From positions 1 through 60,309 of the forward strand of contig CALKOM010000027.1 of the NCBI GenBank assembly GCA_938091905.1: a stretch of 60,309 bases of DNA, written 5' to 3'. The notes under the pieces are model-generated. The model was given only the letters and a program-made list of their open reading frames with translations. It was not told the origin of the DNA and made no database searches. The position numbers and the translations under genes are program-made. Of this stretch, positions 10,342 to 19,378 are shown one piece after another. Each line of letters opens with the position of its first letter. The first letter of the stretch is position 1. Source of the DNA: an uncultured Verrucomicrobiales bacterium. GTDB taxonomy: Bacteria > Verrucomicrobiota > Verrucomicrobiia > Verrucomicrobiales > DEV007.

Positions 10342-10435
10342 GGAGTGTGTTGCCTCCCTGGTGGGGACCGCGGTCTTCAAAACCGTTGAGGGCTCGAAAG
10401 AGTCCTGGTTGGTTCGATTCCTTCCCACTCCGCCA
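10342..10435 (+). tRNA. selC: tRNA-Sec, anticodon UCA (94 nt, CCA encoded)
   Basis: Runs GGAGTG...CACTCC-G-CCA. Long D-arm with a (C)TGGT loop, anticodon arm GCGGT-CTTCAAA-ACCGT, 7-bp variable arm AGGGCTC-GAAA-GAGTCCT, T-loop TTCGATT and G73 discriminator. Confidence 0.9.
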
Positions 10436-10495
10436 CTTCTCACACCAGGCCGCCAGAGCTCTAGCACAAGTCGAGAAGCGTGCCAGGGATCATTC

Positions 10496-12544
10496 CTAAT
10501 CAGCTTCCGGAGTCGTTAGTCGCGTGATACGGAAGAATTTCCCTGTTTCGATAGTTGATACGTCGATGAGCGATTCGAATTGGGCATATCCCGCACGGAC
10601 TTCTGGACCCACGGGCGTATAGTTCAACAAATCAATGCTCGATTCTAATCGATAGAACATCCCACGAGTGGCATCGCAAAAGACCTTATAGCGGCCATCG
10701 CTAAGATGGACTGCGGTAATGTTGTGCTCTTTCGCAATAATAGTTGCGTCAAAATATTGACTTGCTAGTGCCCATGCGGCAAGGCCACATTTAGAACCAA
10801 TGATACGGCCGGGGCCGTCATCCACAGGCACGTGAATGCCACCGTAGAGCCGCGATATCCCCGCTTCGTCTGCAGCGTCATAATAAGTGGCCCATTGCAA
10901 CTCGACATCGACTGAGGGACCTATCTCGAATTTAAGAAAAGCATTCTGTTCGGCGGTGAATGTCCCCAGCCCTTCTGGAAAGTAAGGATTTCCAGTAATC
11001 GAGGTGAGCACTTCCGCCGCTGCTCTGCTGAAAGCACTGTGTCCTGACACATACCCAGCAAAGGCCGGCGTGACAAACGTATCGCGCTGGTAAGGGAACC
11101 AGGTGCTTGCCGAAATCCACTTCGCCCCAGTGTATTCAGTCAACGGCTGTGCTGGCTCACCTCCCCAAGCAAAGAGGACGATTTCTCCTTCAACGAATCC
11201 CTCATGTCGCTCCCCAACAGCCGCAGACTCGGCGCTGACTACTTCGATCAAACCTGGCTCTAGTGGGATGCCTTCAGCGTGGTAGCGTGGACCACCTGCA
11301 TCGGAGGATTGTCCTTTGCTTGCCAGGTAGCGAATGCTGCTGATTGGCCTAACGTAATCGTATAGCTCCTTGCATCCCCACACGGCTACGGCAACGTCGT
11401 GCGTGGCGGCATTGAGGGCGAAGTAAAGTTTCACATCCCATTCCAGCTCGTCAAGGACAGGCCCTACCCCTCCAACGCGACGCTGAAACTCTGGGTGGTC
11501 AGAAACCTCATTAGCAACCACGTTCCAATGGCCCGGGGGCGTCTCAGAATCGGGTCCATCAGCCCAGAATTCAGCCAACACTCTACCATAATCCCCAAGA
11601 GGAACAATATTATCAGCGTAGGGTTGTCCCGTTACAGGATTGGCGCCATGGCCTGTCCCATCGTTCTGCCCAAGGGTATGATTCCCAGAGACACGGGGCG
11701 ACAAATTGACCATCACTCCACTATCAGGATCGAGATCACGACTACGTTCGATTACAGTGATGTTGCCAGACTTGAATAGCGCGTCCTCCACTCCACCTAA
11801 CTGTGGCGGTAGTCCGGGATCGTAGTAGATAGATTCGCCTTCCGCTAAGGTCATCGCAAACGGACGGACAGCCCCCCAATGAGACCCGACGAATGTTTGC
11901 ACATTTTCCGCCACCAGACCATTTTGCGTTAGGCGTTCATCAAACGCCAATGGCTGCCACCTGTTAGGGTCGAACATTATCGTTCCCGGATGAAGCACAA
12001 TCAAGGGATTGTTCACTGGAAAATAAGACCAGTCGACGTAGTTGCTGGCCTCGTTGGAAAGGTCGGATTCGGCAAACTCCAAGATGGCCGCCGCCACCCG
12101 ATTACCAACGGCGGCGGGCGTTTCACCCAACACGGTCTCAATTCCCGTGTTGTAACCCAATCCAGCCATCTCATCATCGAATGCTTGCAACGATGTCGCC
12201 GCATTGACCGAAAGCGCGTAGCGATGCTCCAGGATGCGATAGCCTGCATAACTGATGGCTTCCCTCCGAGCCGACTCGATGTCCGCTGCCGTGGCGTCCT
12301 CGCGATGAATGTACCCAATCGCACCCGAATCGTAGGCAGCCCAGGCATCCCACATAGCCACCGAGAGGTGGAAGAGATTCCGGGCGTGGACTGGTGGATT
12401 CGGAAAGTCAATTCGGATCGCATCCAAGTTTTGCTCATTCCAAACCCGCGCAATCGACTCACCAGGAACGGGTTGCGACAGGAGAAACCAGCTAAAAGCC
12501 ACAGCCCAGGACCAATTATGGCGCCTCGAAAGTATTGATTTCAT
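10496..12544 (-). CDS. Secreted vanadium-dependent haloperoxidase-like protein (PAP2 superfamily)
   Basis: Signal peptide; vanadate/phosphate-site motifs KELYDYVRP, YVSGHS and SRLYGGIH; C-terminal Y.LESS.DL...FFRI domain. Confidence 0.8.
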   Translation of the reverse strand: MKSILSRRHNWSWAVAFSWFLLSQPVPGESIARVWNEQNLDAIRIDFPNPPVHARNLFHLSVAMWDAWAAYDSGAIGYIHREDATAADIESARREAISYAGYRILEHRYALSVNAATSLQAFDDEMAGLGYNTGIETVLGETPAAVGNRVAAAILEFAESDLSNEASNYVDWSYFPVNNPLIVLHPGTIMFDPNRWQPLAFDERLTQNGLVAENVQTFVGSHWGAVRPFAMTLAEGESIYYDPGLPPQLGGVEDALFKSGNITVIERSRDLDPDSGVMVNLSPRVSGNHTLGQNDGTGHGANPVTGQPYADNIVPLGDYGRVLAEFWADGPDSETPPGHWNVVANEVSDHPEFQRRVGGVGPVLDELEWDVKLYFALNAATHDVAVAVWGCKELYDYVRPISSIRYLASKGQSSDAGGPRYHAEGIPLEPGLIEVVSAESAAVGERHEGFVEGEIVLFAWGGEPAQPLTEYTGAKWISASTWFPYQRDTFVTPAFAGYVSGHSAFSRAAAEVLTSITGNPYFPEGLGTFTAEQNAFLKFEIGPSVDVELQWATYYDAADEAGISRLYGGIHVPVDDGPGRIIGSKCGLAAWALASQYFDATIIAKEHNITAVHLSDGRYKVFCDATRGMFYRLESSIDLLNYTPVGPEVRAGYAQFESLIDVSTIETGKFFRITRLTTPEAD

Positions 12545-12689
12545 ACTTATACTAAGTTGCAATAAATACCGATATCAACGTTAATTGCAGATGTTAAATC
12601 ATTAGTTGACAATTACGAGCAAAACCTAGTGAAGGCCACCTGACCACGTGCAGATTGCCGTCTCCGACTAATTGTGGCAGGATCGGCTA

Positions 12690-14120
12690 ATGTTTCGCCA
12701 TGTTCTAGCAATCCATCTCGCGTGCGCTGCACTGGTTAACATTTCGCAGGCGTTGCCAAATGTCATCCTCATCGTGGCCGATGATCTCGGTTATGGAGAA
12801 CTCGGGTGCCAAGGCAATACGGATATACCGACTCCAAACATTGATTCCATAGCGACCAACGGAGTCCGCTTTACCAACGGGTATGTCAGCGCGCCTTATT
12901 GCAGTGCCTCGCGCGCCGGTTTCCTAACAGGTCTCTATCAAACTCGCTTCGGCTACGAATTCAATCCCACAGGCCACCACAACGAAGATTCCAATGCAGG
13001 CCTACCTACCAGCGAAGTGACCTTAGCAGAGCACCTGCTCGAATGCGGGTATGTCAGTTCACTTGTAGGAAAATGGCACTTGGGTGGAACGGCAAAGTAT
13101 CATCCCTTCCGTCATGGGTTCGATGAGTTCTTTGGCTTCACCCACGAGGGTCATTACTTTCTCCCGCCTCCCTATCTTGGATCAGTGACCATGGAACGTC
13201 GCACTCGGCTGCCAGGAGGTGGTGAAGGGCGCTGGATCTCAGAGGATGGCCAGACCGTCTACTCGACTCACATGGGCCACAACGAACCAGACTATGATGC
13301 CAATAATCCCATCGTCCGCGGCAGCCAACCTGTCGAAGAATCGACCTATCTCACGGATGCCTTCACTCGTGAAGCCATCGACTTCATCGAGCGAAAGCAG
13401 GATCAGCCATTCTTTCTTTATCTCGCCTACAACGCAGTACACAGCCCACTCCAAGGTACTAACACCAACATGGAGAAATTCGCTCATATCGAAGACATTC
13501 ACCGTCGCATCTTTGCGGCGATGTTAGCAAACATGGATGACAGCGTTGGCGAAGTGCTCTTCAAAGTGAGAGAGTCCGGGCTCGAAGACAAGACACTCAT
13601 CGTCTTCTTCAGTGACAACGGTGGCCCTACGAAAGAACTGACTTCAAGCAATGGTATTCTGCGAGGGGGGAAAGGTAGTGTTTACGAGGGAGGCCTTCGC
13701 GTTCCCTTTCTCATCCAATGGCCTGGCAAGCTCCCCCAAGGCAAAGTCTATAATCAGCCTATTATCTCCCTGGATGTCTTTGCCACAGCTGCGGCGGCAG
13801 CAGATCTTCCAACGAAACAACTAGACGGCGTCGATCTTGTTCCCTACCTGACTGGAAAGAAGACCGGAAGCCCACATCAAATGCTCTACTGGCGCACTGG
13901 TCGTAAGACTGCTCTCCGAAACGGGGATTGGAAACTCTTGCGCAATCCGGGCCGCGGTGAGACACCCGACTGGCAACTCTACAACCTTGCTACAGACACC
14001 AGTGAGACTCAGGACGTGGCTTCCACTGAGCCTGAACGCCTGAAGGCGATGCAGAACGCTTGGCAACAGTTCAACAATCAAATGAAAGCACCTCTCTGGT
14101 CTCCAAGACGAGATCGATAG
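12690..14120 (+). CDS. Formylglycine-dependent sulfatase (S1 family)
   Basis: PNVILIVADDLG, CSASR (CxAxR variant), GKWHLG, SDNGG and YEGGLRVP; signal peptide. Confidence 0.92.
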   Translation: MFRHVLAIHLACAALVNISQALPNVILIVADDLGYGELGCQGNTDIPTPNIDSIATNGVRFTNGYVSAPYCSASRAGFLTGLYQTRFGYEFNPTGHHNEDSNAGLPTSEVTLAEHLLECGYVSSLVGKWHLGGTAKYHPFRHGFDEFFGFTHEGHYFLPPPYLGSVTMERRTRLPGGGEGRWISEDGQTVYSTHMGHNEPDYDANNPIVRGSQPVEESTYLTDAFTREAIDFIERKQDQPFFLYLAYNAVHSPLQGTNTNMEKFAHIEDIHRRIFAAMLANMDDSVGEVLFKVRESGLEDKTLIVFFSDNGGPTKELTSSNGILRGGKGSVYEGGLRVPFLIQWPGKLPQGKVYNQPIISLDVFATAAAAADLPTKQLDGVDLVPYLTGKKTGSPHQMLYWRTGRKTALRNGDWKLLRNPGRGETPDWQLYNLATDTSETQDVASTEPERLKAMQNAWQQFNNQMKAPLWSPRRDR

Positions 14121-14125
14121 AACTG

Positions 14126-14573
14126 ATAGAGGGGCTAGGGATCAACTCATTTTGAAAGGAGGCATCGCCGATACCTTCTCTCCGCCCCCAGTGAAGGCAT
14201 CTAGTGATGACAAGGATTACTTACACATGAGCGGTCCTGAAGTTTTTAACTTTACGATCAAGGCCGTACCCAAGCTAATAAATTCAATTCTTAAAAAACG
14301 GGCTTAGCTCGAGCGAGATCGATCATTTCGTATTTCATTGACCCAATAAATACATGTTAGAAAAAACTCCATAGCAAGACCGGGATCGACCGCGACCGAT
14401 TCGTTCTCAGTTTGAAGGATGTTGGAAACACCGTGTCTTCATCGACTCCGATGGCATTGACCGATCTCAACTCCTGTGGTCGCCTCTTACCGGGGCAGAA
14501 ACTGATGCAGGTGGGATTCGGCGTCGGCTAATCTTAGGGTGATGCTACTCTTGAATGGAATGCACCACTGTAA
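14126..14573 (+). pseudogene. 5'-truncated 3-oxoacyl-ACP synthase III (FabH-like) pseudogene
   Basis: Stitching frames gives YLHMSGPEVFNFTIKAVP, IDHFVFH*PNKYML, GNTVSSS and GFGVG*S*G. Stops at 14339, 14529 and 14535, plus frameshifts in A-runs. Confidence 0.85.
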
Positions 14574-14582
14574 AACCGCACC

Positions 14583-14825
14583 ATGACTTTAGAACGCGAA
14601 GAACTAGTAAAGAAATTAGCAGAGCTGCTCGCAGATACCCCTGAAACAGTTAACGAGGACCCTGCTTTGGAGTCGTTGAGCGATTGGGATTCGATGGGAC
14701 AAATAGAAGTTATCTCGATGCTCGACTCTATTCAGGTATCACTGAAACTAATTACCCTTGAAGAATGTCAAACCATTGGAGACCTCTTAAAGGGACGTGA
14801 TCCTCCCCAAACCAAATCAGGGTAA
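14583..14825 (+). CDS. Acyl carrier protein (possibly decaying)
   Basis: 80 aa, acidic, with a WDSMG phosphopantetheine site and a C-terminal TIGDL; lies directly after the fabH remnant. Confidence 0.75.
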   Translation: MTLEREELVKKLAELLADTPETVNEDPALESLSDWDSMGQIEVISMLDSIQVSLKLITLEECQTIGDLLKGRDPPQTKSG

Positions 14826-14832
14826 GGCACCC

Positions 14833-14929
14833 GAACGGGCAGGCCTGCGGCCTCGCCGCACACGCTAGATGAATTCAAGACATGGCATCTCGATGAATTT
14901 CAAGCAGGCCGGAGGCCTGGCAACCGTTC
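14833..14929. repeat. Inverted REP-like doublet (REPIN-like)
   Basis: GAACGGGCAGGCCTGCGGCCTCGC (14833-14856) and GCAGGCCGGAGGCCTGGCAACCGTTC (14904-14929) are imperfect inverted copies, and each forms its own AGGCC-N3-GGCCT hairpin. An internal direct repeat GATGAATT(T)CAAG is also present. Confidence 0.55.
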
Positions 14930-15035
14930 ACCAAGGAAATGGAGACGCCCCTCTGGACTCCAAATCGATGAAGATCCCAAGCAAACCGATCTACTTTCGC
15001 TCGCCATCACCAAACGACCATGCCAGGCTTCCGCT

Positions 15036-17360
15036 ATGCTTATCTTCCGTTCATTTGTTGCATTTACGTTGCTGGGCCTAGTAATGACACTTAGCGCTCA
15101 GGATAAGCCTGTCGATGCGTTTCCACCGACCGGGGGCATGTGGTTGCCCAGTCAGATACCAGAACTCGAAGCTCAGCTTCGAGAACTGGGATTAGAGATC
15201 GATCCGCAAGAGTTGGCAGATCCAACTTCGAACACGCTTGAAGCAATCGTTAGCCTAGATGGCTGTTCTGGGTCCTTCGTGTCCAAGAATGGGTTAATTA
15301 TCACCAACCATCATTGCGTTGAGTCCTACCTCTCTTATATGACCGAGCAGGACAAGGCCGCACTGAAAGGGCAGAACATGGAACGGGAAAAGGAGGGGCT
15401 CCCAGCAATTGAGGCTGACATCGATTACATGCGCGATGGCTATGACTATCGCAAGGGTGGCGAGCGTTTCACCGGACCGGAATCACGTGTCTTCATCACC
15501 TTTGAGCAGAAAGATATCACGGAGCGGATGAAAAAAGGTCTGGCTAACATCACCGATCCCTTGGAGCGCTACAATGAGCTCGAAAGTCGTGAGAAAGCCA
15601 TCCTGAAAGAGGCAGAGAGTGATCCTAGTATCCGCGCTGAAGTGCGCAGTTTCTTCCGTGGCGAGCAGTATATTCTCATCCGCAAGCGAAAGCTAAAAGA
15701 TCTGCGTATGGTTTACGCTCCGCCAAAGGCAGTAGGTTACTTTGGCGGAGATGAGCGCAACTGGGAGTTTCCACGTCACGTGGGAGACTTTGCATTCCTA
15801 CGAATTTACACTGGGCCTAAAGGGAATAGTGCGGATCATGCCAATACGAACGTACCTTACAAGCCAAAGAACATTATTCCCGTAGCCCACGGTGGAAGCG
15901 GTCTGGAGCCTGAAGATTTGATCATGGTGGCGGGCTATCCTGGTCGCACCAATCGCGCTACCACGTTCGCTGAAGCTCAGGATACCGTGGGGCGCTCCAT
16001 GCCGTTCACGGTCGATTATCTTGGGCAGCTTCGTGACGTGTTCCGTGAACTTGAAAGCCGCAATGAAACCTTGGCCACGAAGACACAACCACCTCTCTTT
16101 GGTATCGAGAACTATCTAAAGAACAATCGTGAGGCCCTGCAGATTCTGGATGGCATTGGTTACTTAAAAAAGAAGGAGCAGCTTGAGAAAGATCTCCTCG
16201 CCTGGACGAAGAAGGATCCTTCCCGCGCTGAAAAGTACGCTCCTGTATTGGAGGCCATGGATGAAATCCAAAGTCGTTATCAGGAAGGCTGGCAGAAGCG
16301 AACCTTCACGGGTGGTCTCTTTCGTGGTTACTTCAACGGAATCGCCCATGCGGCCATGACGCTGGTTCGTATCGCCAAGGAGAAAGAGAAAGCAGACTCA
16401 GACCGCTTACCCGGCTTTCAGGAACGCGACTATGAGAATCTCAGAGATGGCCTATCACAAATGCAGGGCACCTATGCTCGTGACATTGCCATTGAAGTGA
16501 GCACCCATTTCCTCACGCGCTTGCTAAACGCCGAAGGCGGTGGCGATACCCCGAGCTTTGTCGCCGACTTCCTCGGAGCAGATCTGATGAAGAAGCCAGA
16601 CATTGATAAGATTCGAGCCAAAGTGAAAACGGTCCTCGATGCGACTACTTTAGAAGAACCTGAAACCAGACAAAAGCTGTTCAAAGAAGCTTCCTTCGCG
16701 GACCTAAAAGCAAGCAAAGACCCATTGATTCAGCTCGCCATCGCTGCCGAACCCTCGATCCTCAAAAACGAGCAGCACAGCAAAGCGCTAACAGGTGAAA
16801 TGATGCTAGTCTCCCCTCTCTACGTGGAAGTACTACGCGACTTTCTCAAGAGCCGAAAACAACTCATGGCTCCCGACGCCAATTCGACACTTCGCATCAC
16901 ATTCGGCCAGGTGGGTGGCTACGAGAAGCAGGAAGGCGATCATCTCAAACGTGTGCCAGCGTTTACGAACATGCGCCAACTAATCGAAGACGAGCACCAA
17001 CCTGGAAAGAAGGATTTCGTAGTACCAGCCCGTTGGTTAGCTGCCTATGAGCGTGCCAAGCAACACGGATTTGGTCCTTACGGCGAACGCTTCTTTGGTA
17101 ACCTTCCGTTGAACTATCTCGCGAACGTCGATACTACGGGTGGCAATTCTGGCTCGGCTGCCCTGAATGCGAAGGGCGAACTCGTGGGGCTCCTCTTCGA
17201 TGGAAACACCGATTCCCTCTATGGCGACTACGTATTCGATGCGGGTGTTCGAAGCATTCTGTTAGACATCCGTTATGCACTGTGGGTGCTCGATGAAATC
17301 GAGGGCCTCACTGATCTGCTCAAGGAGATGGGTATCGAACCAGCATTCGCAAAGAGGTAA
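15036..17360 (+). CDS. S46-family dipeptidyl peptidase, DPP7-like
   Basis: GGMWLP, TNHHC, NWEFPRHVGDF and DTTGGNSGS. FDGN (Gly) at the S1 position matches DPP7 rather than DPP11 (FDRN). Confidence 0.9.
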   Translation: MLIFRSFVAFTLLGLVMTLSAQDKPVDAFPPTGGMWLPSQIPELEAQLRELGLEIDPQELADPTSNTLEAIVSLDGCSGSFVSKNGLIITNHHCVESYLSYMTEQDKAALKGQNMEREKEGLPAIEADIDYMRDGYDYRKGGERFTGPESRVFITFEQKDITERMKKGLANITDPLERYNELESREKAILKEAESDPSIRAEVRSFFRGEQYILIRKRKLKDLRMVYAPPKAVGYFGGDERNWEFPRHVGDFAFLRIYTGPKGNSADHANTNVPYKPKNIIPVAHGGSGLEPEDLIMVAGYPGRTNRATTFAEAQDTVGRSMPFTVDYLGQLRDVFRELESRNETLATKTQPPLFGIENYLKNNREALQILDGIGYLKKKEQLEKDLLAWTKKDPSRAEKYAPVLEAMDEIQSRYQEGWQKRTFTGGLFRGYFNGIAHAAMTLVRIAKEKEKADSDRLPGFQERDYENLRDGLSQMQGTYARDIAIEVSTHFLTRLLNAEGGGDTPSFVADFLGADLMKKPDIDKIRAKVKTVLDATTLEEPETRQKLFKEASFADLKASKDPLIQLAIAAEPSILKNEQHSKALTGEMMLVSPLYVEVLRDFLKSRKQLMAPDANSTLRITFGQVGGYEKQEGDHLKRVPAFTNMRQLIEDEHQPGKKDFVVPARWLAAYERAKQHGFGPYGERFFGNLPLNYLANVDTTGGNSGSAALNAKGELVGLLFDGNTDSLYGDYVFDAGVRSILLDIRYALWVLDEIEGLTDLLKEMGIEPAFAKR

Positions 17361-18210
17361 GCTGATTCGTTAGGCAGCCAAGCCGGCAGCATCTCTTCCA
17401 TAGAGAACGGCTTGGAGACCACTGCAACCAGGTGACTCCTGCTCTCAGCGCTAAAAGTTTCAGGATCGATGCTGTATCCACTGGATACAATTACCGGAAT
17501 CTGGGGATAACGCTTGCGCACTTCACGGAGCACTTCTTTCCCGGACATGACGGGCATGGTGAGATCGGTGATCACCGGGTCGATCTCGTCTGCGTGCGTT
17601 TTAAGGTAATCCATGCCTTCCTGGCCGTTGGTCGCGCAAGTCACTGTGTAACCGTGATGCTTCAGCATGCCTTCGCCCACTGCCCTAACGAGTGCCTCGT
17701 CATCAATGAGCAGCACATTTCGAGACTGATCTTGTGTAACCTCCGCTTTAGGGCCGTCAGCAGGCTTTCCAATGGCCACTGCTTCTTCCGTGGAACGAAG
17801 CAAGAGGATGACAAACTGTGTCCCGACGCCGGGTTCAGATTCGCACTCGATTCTTCCGCCATGTTGCTCAATGATTCCTTAGGTCATGGCTAGTCCAAGA
17901 CCGGTCCCCTTCCCCTGTTCTTTCGTCGTGAAAAAAGGGCTCAAAGATCTTGCTCAGCACGCCCTCGTCCTTACCCACACCAGAATCTTTAACACCTATC
18001 CGTACAAATTCTTTTCCTTCAAGATCGACGAAATTCGAAGTAGATATCTTGATGATACCACCACCCTCGGAGCTCATTGCATCGCGCGCATTCTCGCAGA
18101 GATTGAGAAGCACCTGCGCTAGATGATTCCCATCCAGCTTTGTATTCCACAACGTGGTATCCAGGTCCAATGCTAGATCAATGTTGGTATCGAACGAGTT
18201 CTGAAGCCCC
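17361..18210 (-). pseudogene. Hybrid histidine kinase remnant (HATPase plus receiver; sensor and HisKA parts missing)
   Basis: QVLLNLCENARDAM, DSGVG and IFEPFF, then a frameshift in the T-run at 17931-17936, then TTKEQGKGTGLGLAMT*GII (TAA at 17879-17881) continuing into a receiver domain (IDDE, DLTMP, SSGY, SKPF). Confidence 0.85.
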
Positions 18211-18472
18211 GTAGGCGTTTGCCTTGATTTACTTAATGCTAGAGTAAGGAACACGATCGTCGCCCCAGCTTACAGCAAGATTTAGGAGGCTAGTGGCGAG
18301 GCCGTACGCATAGCACCACAATTTTTTACGTCGTTACAACTTAGCAAACCGGGCTCCCATAAATCCAAATTAAAGGCACTATTCATAATTATAAGCAAAT
18401 TTTACTGGTAACCTCCAAGTTTCGCACGCTGCCGCGACAAACATGCGAATTGGATTCTCCCAATTGAGAGGT

Positions 18473-19363
18473 CTAAAGGGCCATCGTCTGCTCTCGGCAG
18501 GCTTCGCTACAAAACCGCCCACGGCTTTCTTCGCACTCCGTACAGCAGAAGAATTGCGCATTGCACGGGGTAAAACCGCAATTTCGATACCGCTCAATCG
18601 GAACTCCGCAATGCCTGCAACTGGCAATCACTGACGGGTTCGCTCTATTCACTTGCACACCGATTCGCTGGTCAAAGACATAGCACTGCCCCTCGAAGTC
18701 GCGTCCTTGAGTCTCAGGATCACGACCGTAGGTCACGATACCACCGTGCAATTGGCTCACATCTTCATATCCTTCACTCAAAAGAAACCCCGAGAACTTC
18801 TCACAACGAATACCACCGGTGCAGTAGGTGAGAATCCGTTTTCCCTCCAGCTCTGATCGGTGATCACGGATCCACTGGGGCAGGTCTCGGAAGCTATCGA
18901 CATCTGGACAGATTGCATTTCGAAACTTGCCCAGCTGGGATTCATACTCGTTCCGCGCATCCACGATCACCGCATTGGGATCTTGCATAGCTTCGTAGAA
19001 GTCTTTAGGCGAAAGGTAATTCCCCGTTGTTTCATTTGGATCAATGTCTTCACACGGCGAAAGCCCTAGCGTGACAATTTCATCACGCGCCTTGATCGAG
19101 AGTTTCTGAAAGGCATGACCATCAGCGGGATCGACCTTGAACTCCATTTCATCCGTGCCGGGTTTCGAACGTAGATATTCCTGGTAAACCTGGGTCTGCT
19201 CTCGCAAACCACTGACAGTACCATTGATGCCTTCTCGGGCTACCAAAATACGCCCGAAGAGTCCGAGCTCCTCGCATAGACGACGATGCTCTGACACATA
19301 CTCTTGAGGCTCCTCAATAGAGAAGTATCGGTAGTAGAGAAGAACCTCGTAGAGTGCTGACAC
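18473..19363 (-). CDS. trhO: tRNA uridine(34) hydroxylase (rhodanese-domain YceA family)
   Basis: LLYY, GRILVAREGINGT, DARNEYE, YCTGGIRCEK, QLHGGI, CYVFDQR and a Cys-rich tail. Confidence 0.9.
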   Translation of the reverse strand: MSALYEVLLYYRYFSIEEPQEYVSEHRRLCEELGLFGRILVAREGINGTVSGLREQTQVYQEYLRSKPGTDEMEFKVDPADGHAFQKLSIKARDEIVTLGLSPCEDIDPNETTGNYLSPKDFYEAMQDPNAVIVDARNEYESQLGKFRNAICPDVDSFRDLPQWIRDHRSELEGKRILTYCTGGIRCEKFSGFLLSEGYEDVSQLHGGIVTYGRDPETQGRDFEGQCYVFDQRIGVQVNRANPSVIASCRHCGVPIERYRNCGFTPCNAQFFCCTECEESRGRFCSEACREQTMAL

Positions 19364-19378
19364 AAGCGTTAGAAAAAC

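Noticed and set aside
10231..10495. Riboswitch or N-terminal extension upstream of the cysJ-like gene
   Set aside because: The structured sequence is explained by the plus-strand tRNA-Sec.
14169..14187. Possible attR copy of the selC 3' end (CGATACCTTCTCTCCGCC)
   Set aside because: The match is short and gapped, lies inside the fabH relic, and no integrase is nearby; it is compatible with chance.
14339..14341. In-frame TGA in the fabH remnant as a selenocysteine codon
   Set aside because: It falls at the conserved Gln of the HQxN motif, not at a Cys, and the same gene has TAA and TAG stops and frameshifts.
17273..17803. Stand-alone response regulator overlapping the S46 peptidase end
   Set aside because: It is the receiver domain of a broken hybrid kinase; the overlap is read-through after loss of the original end.
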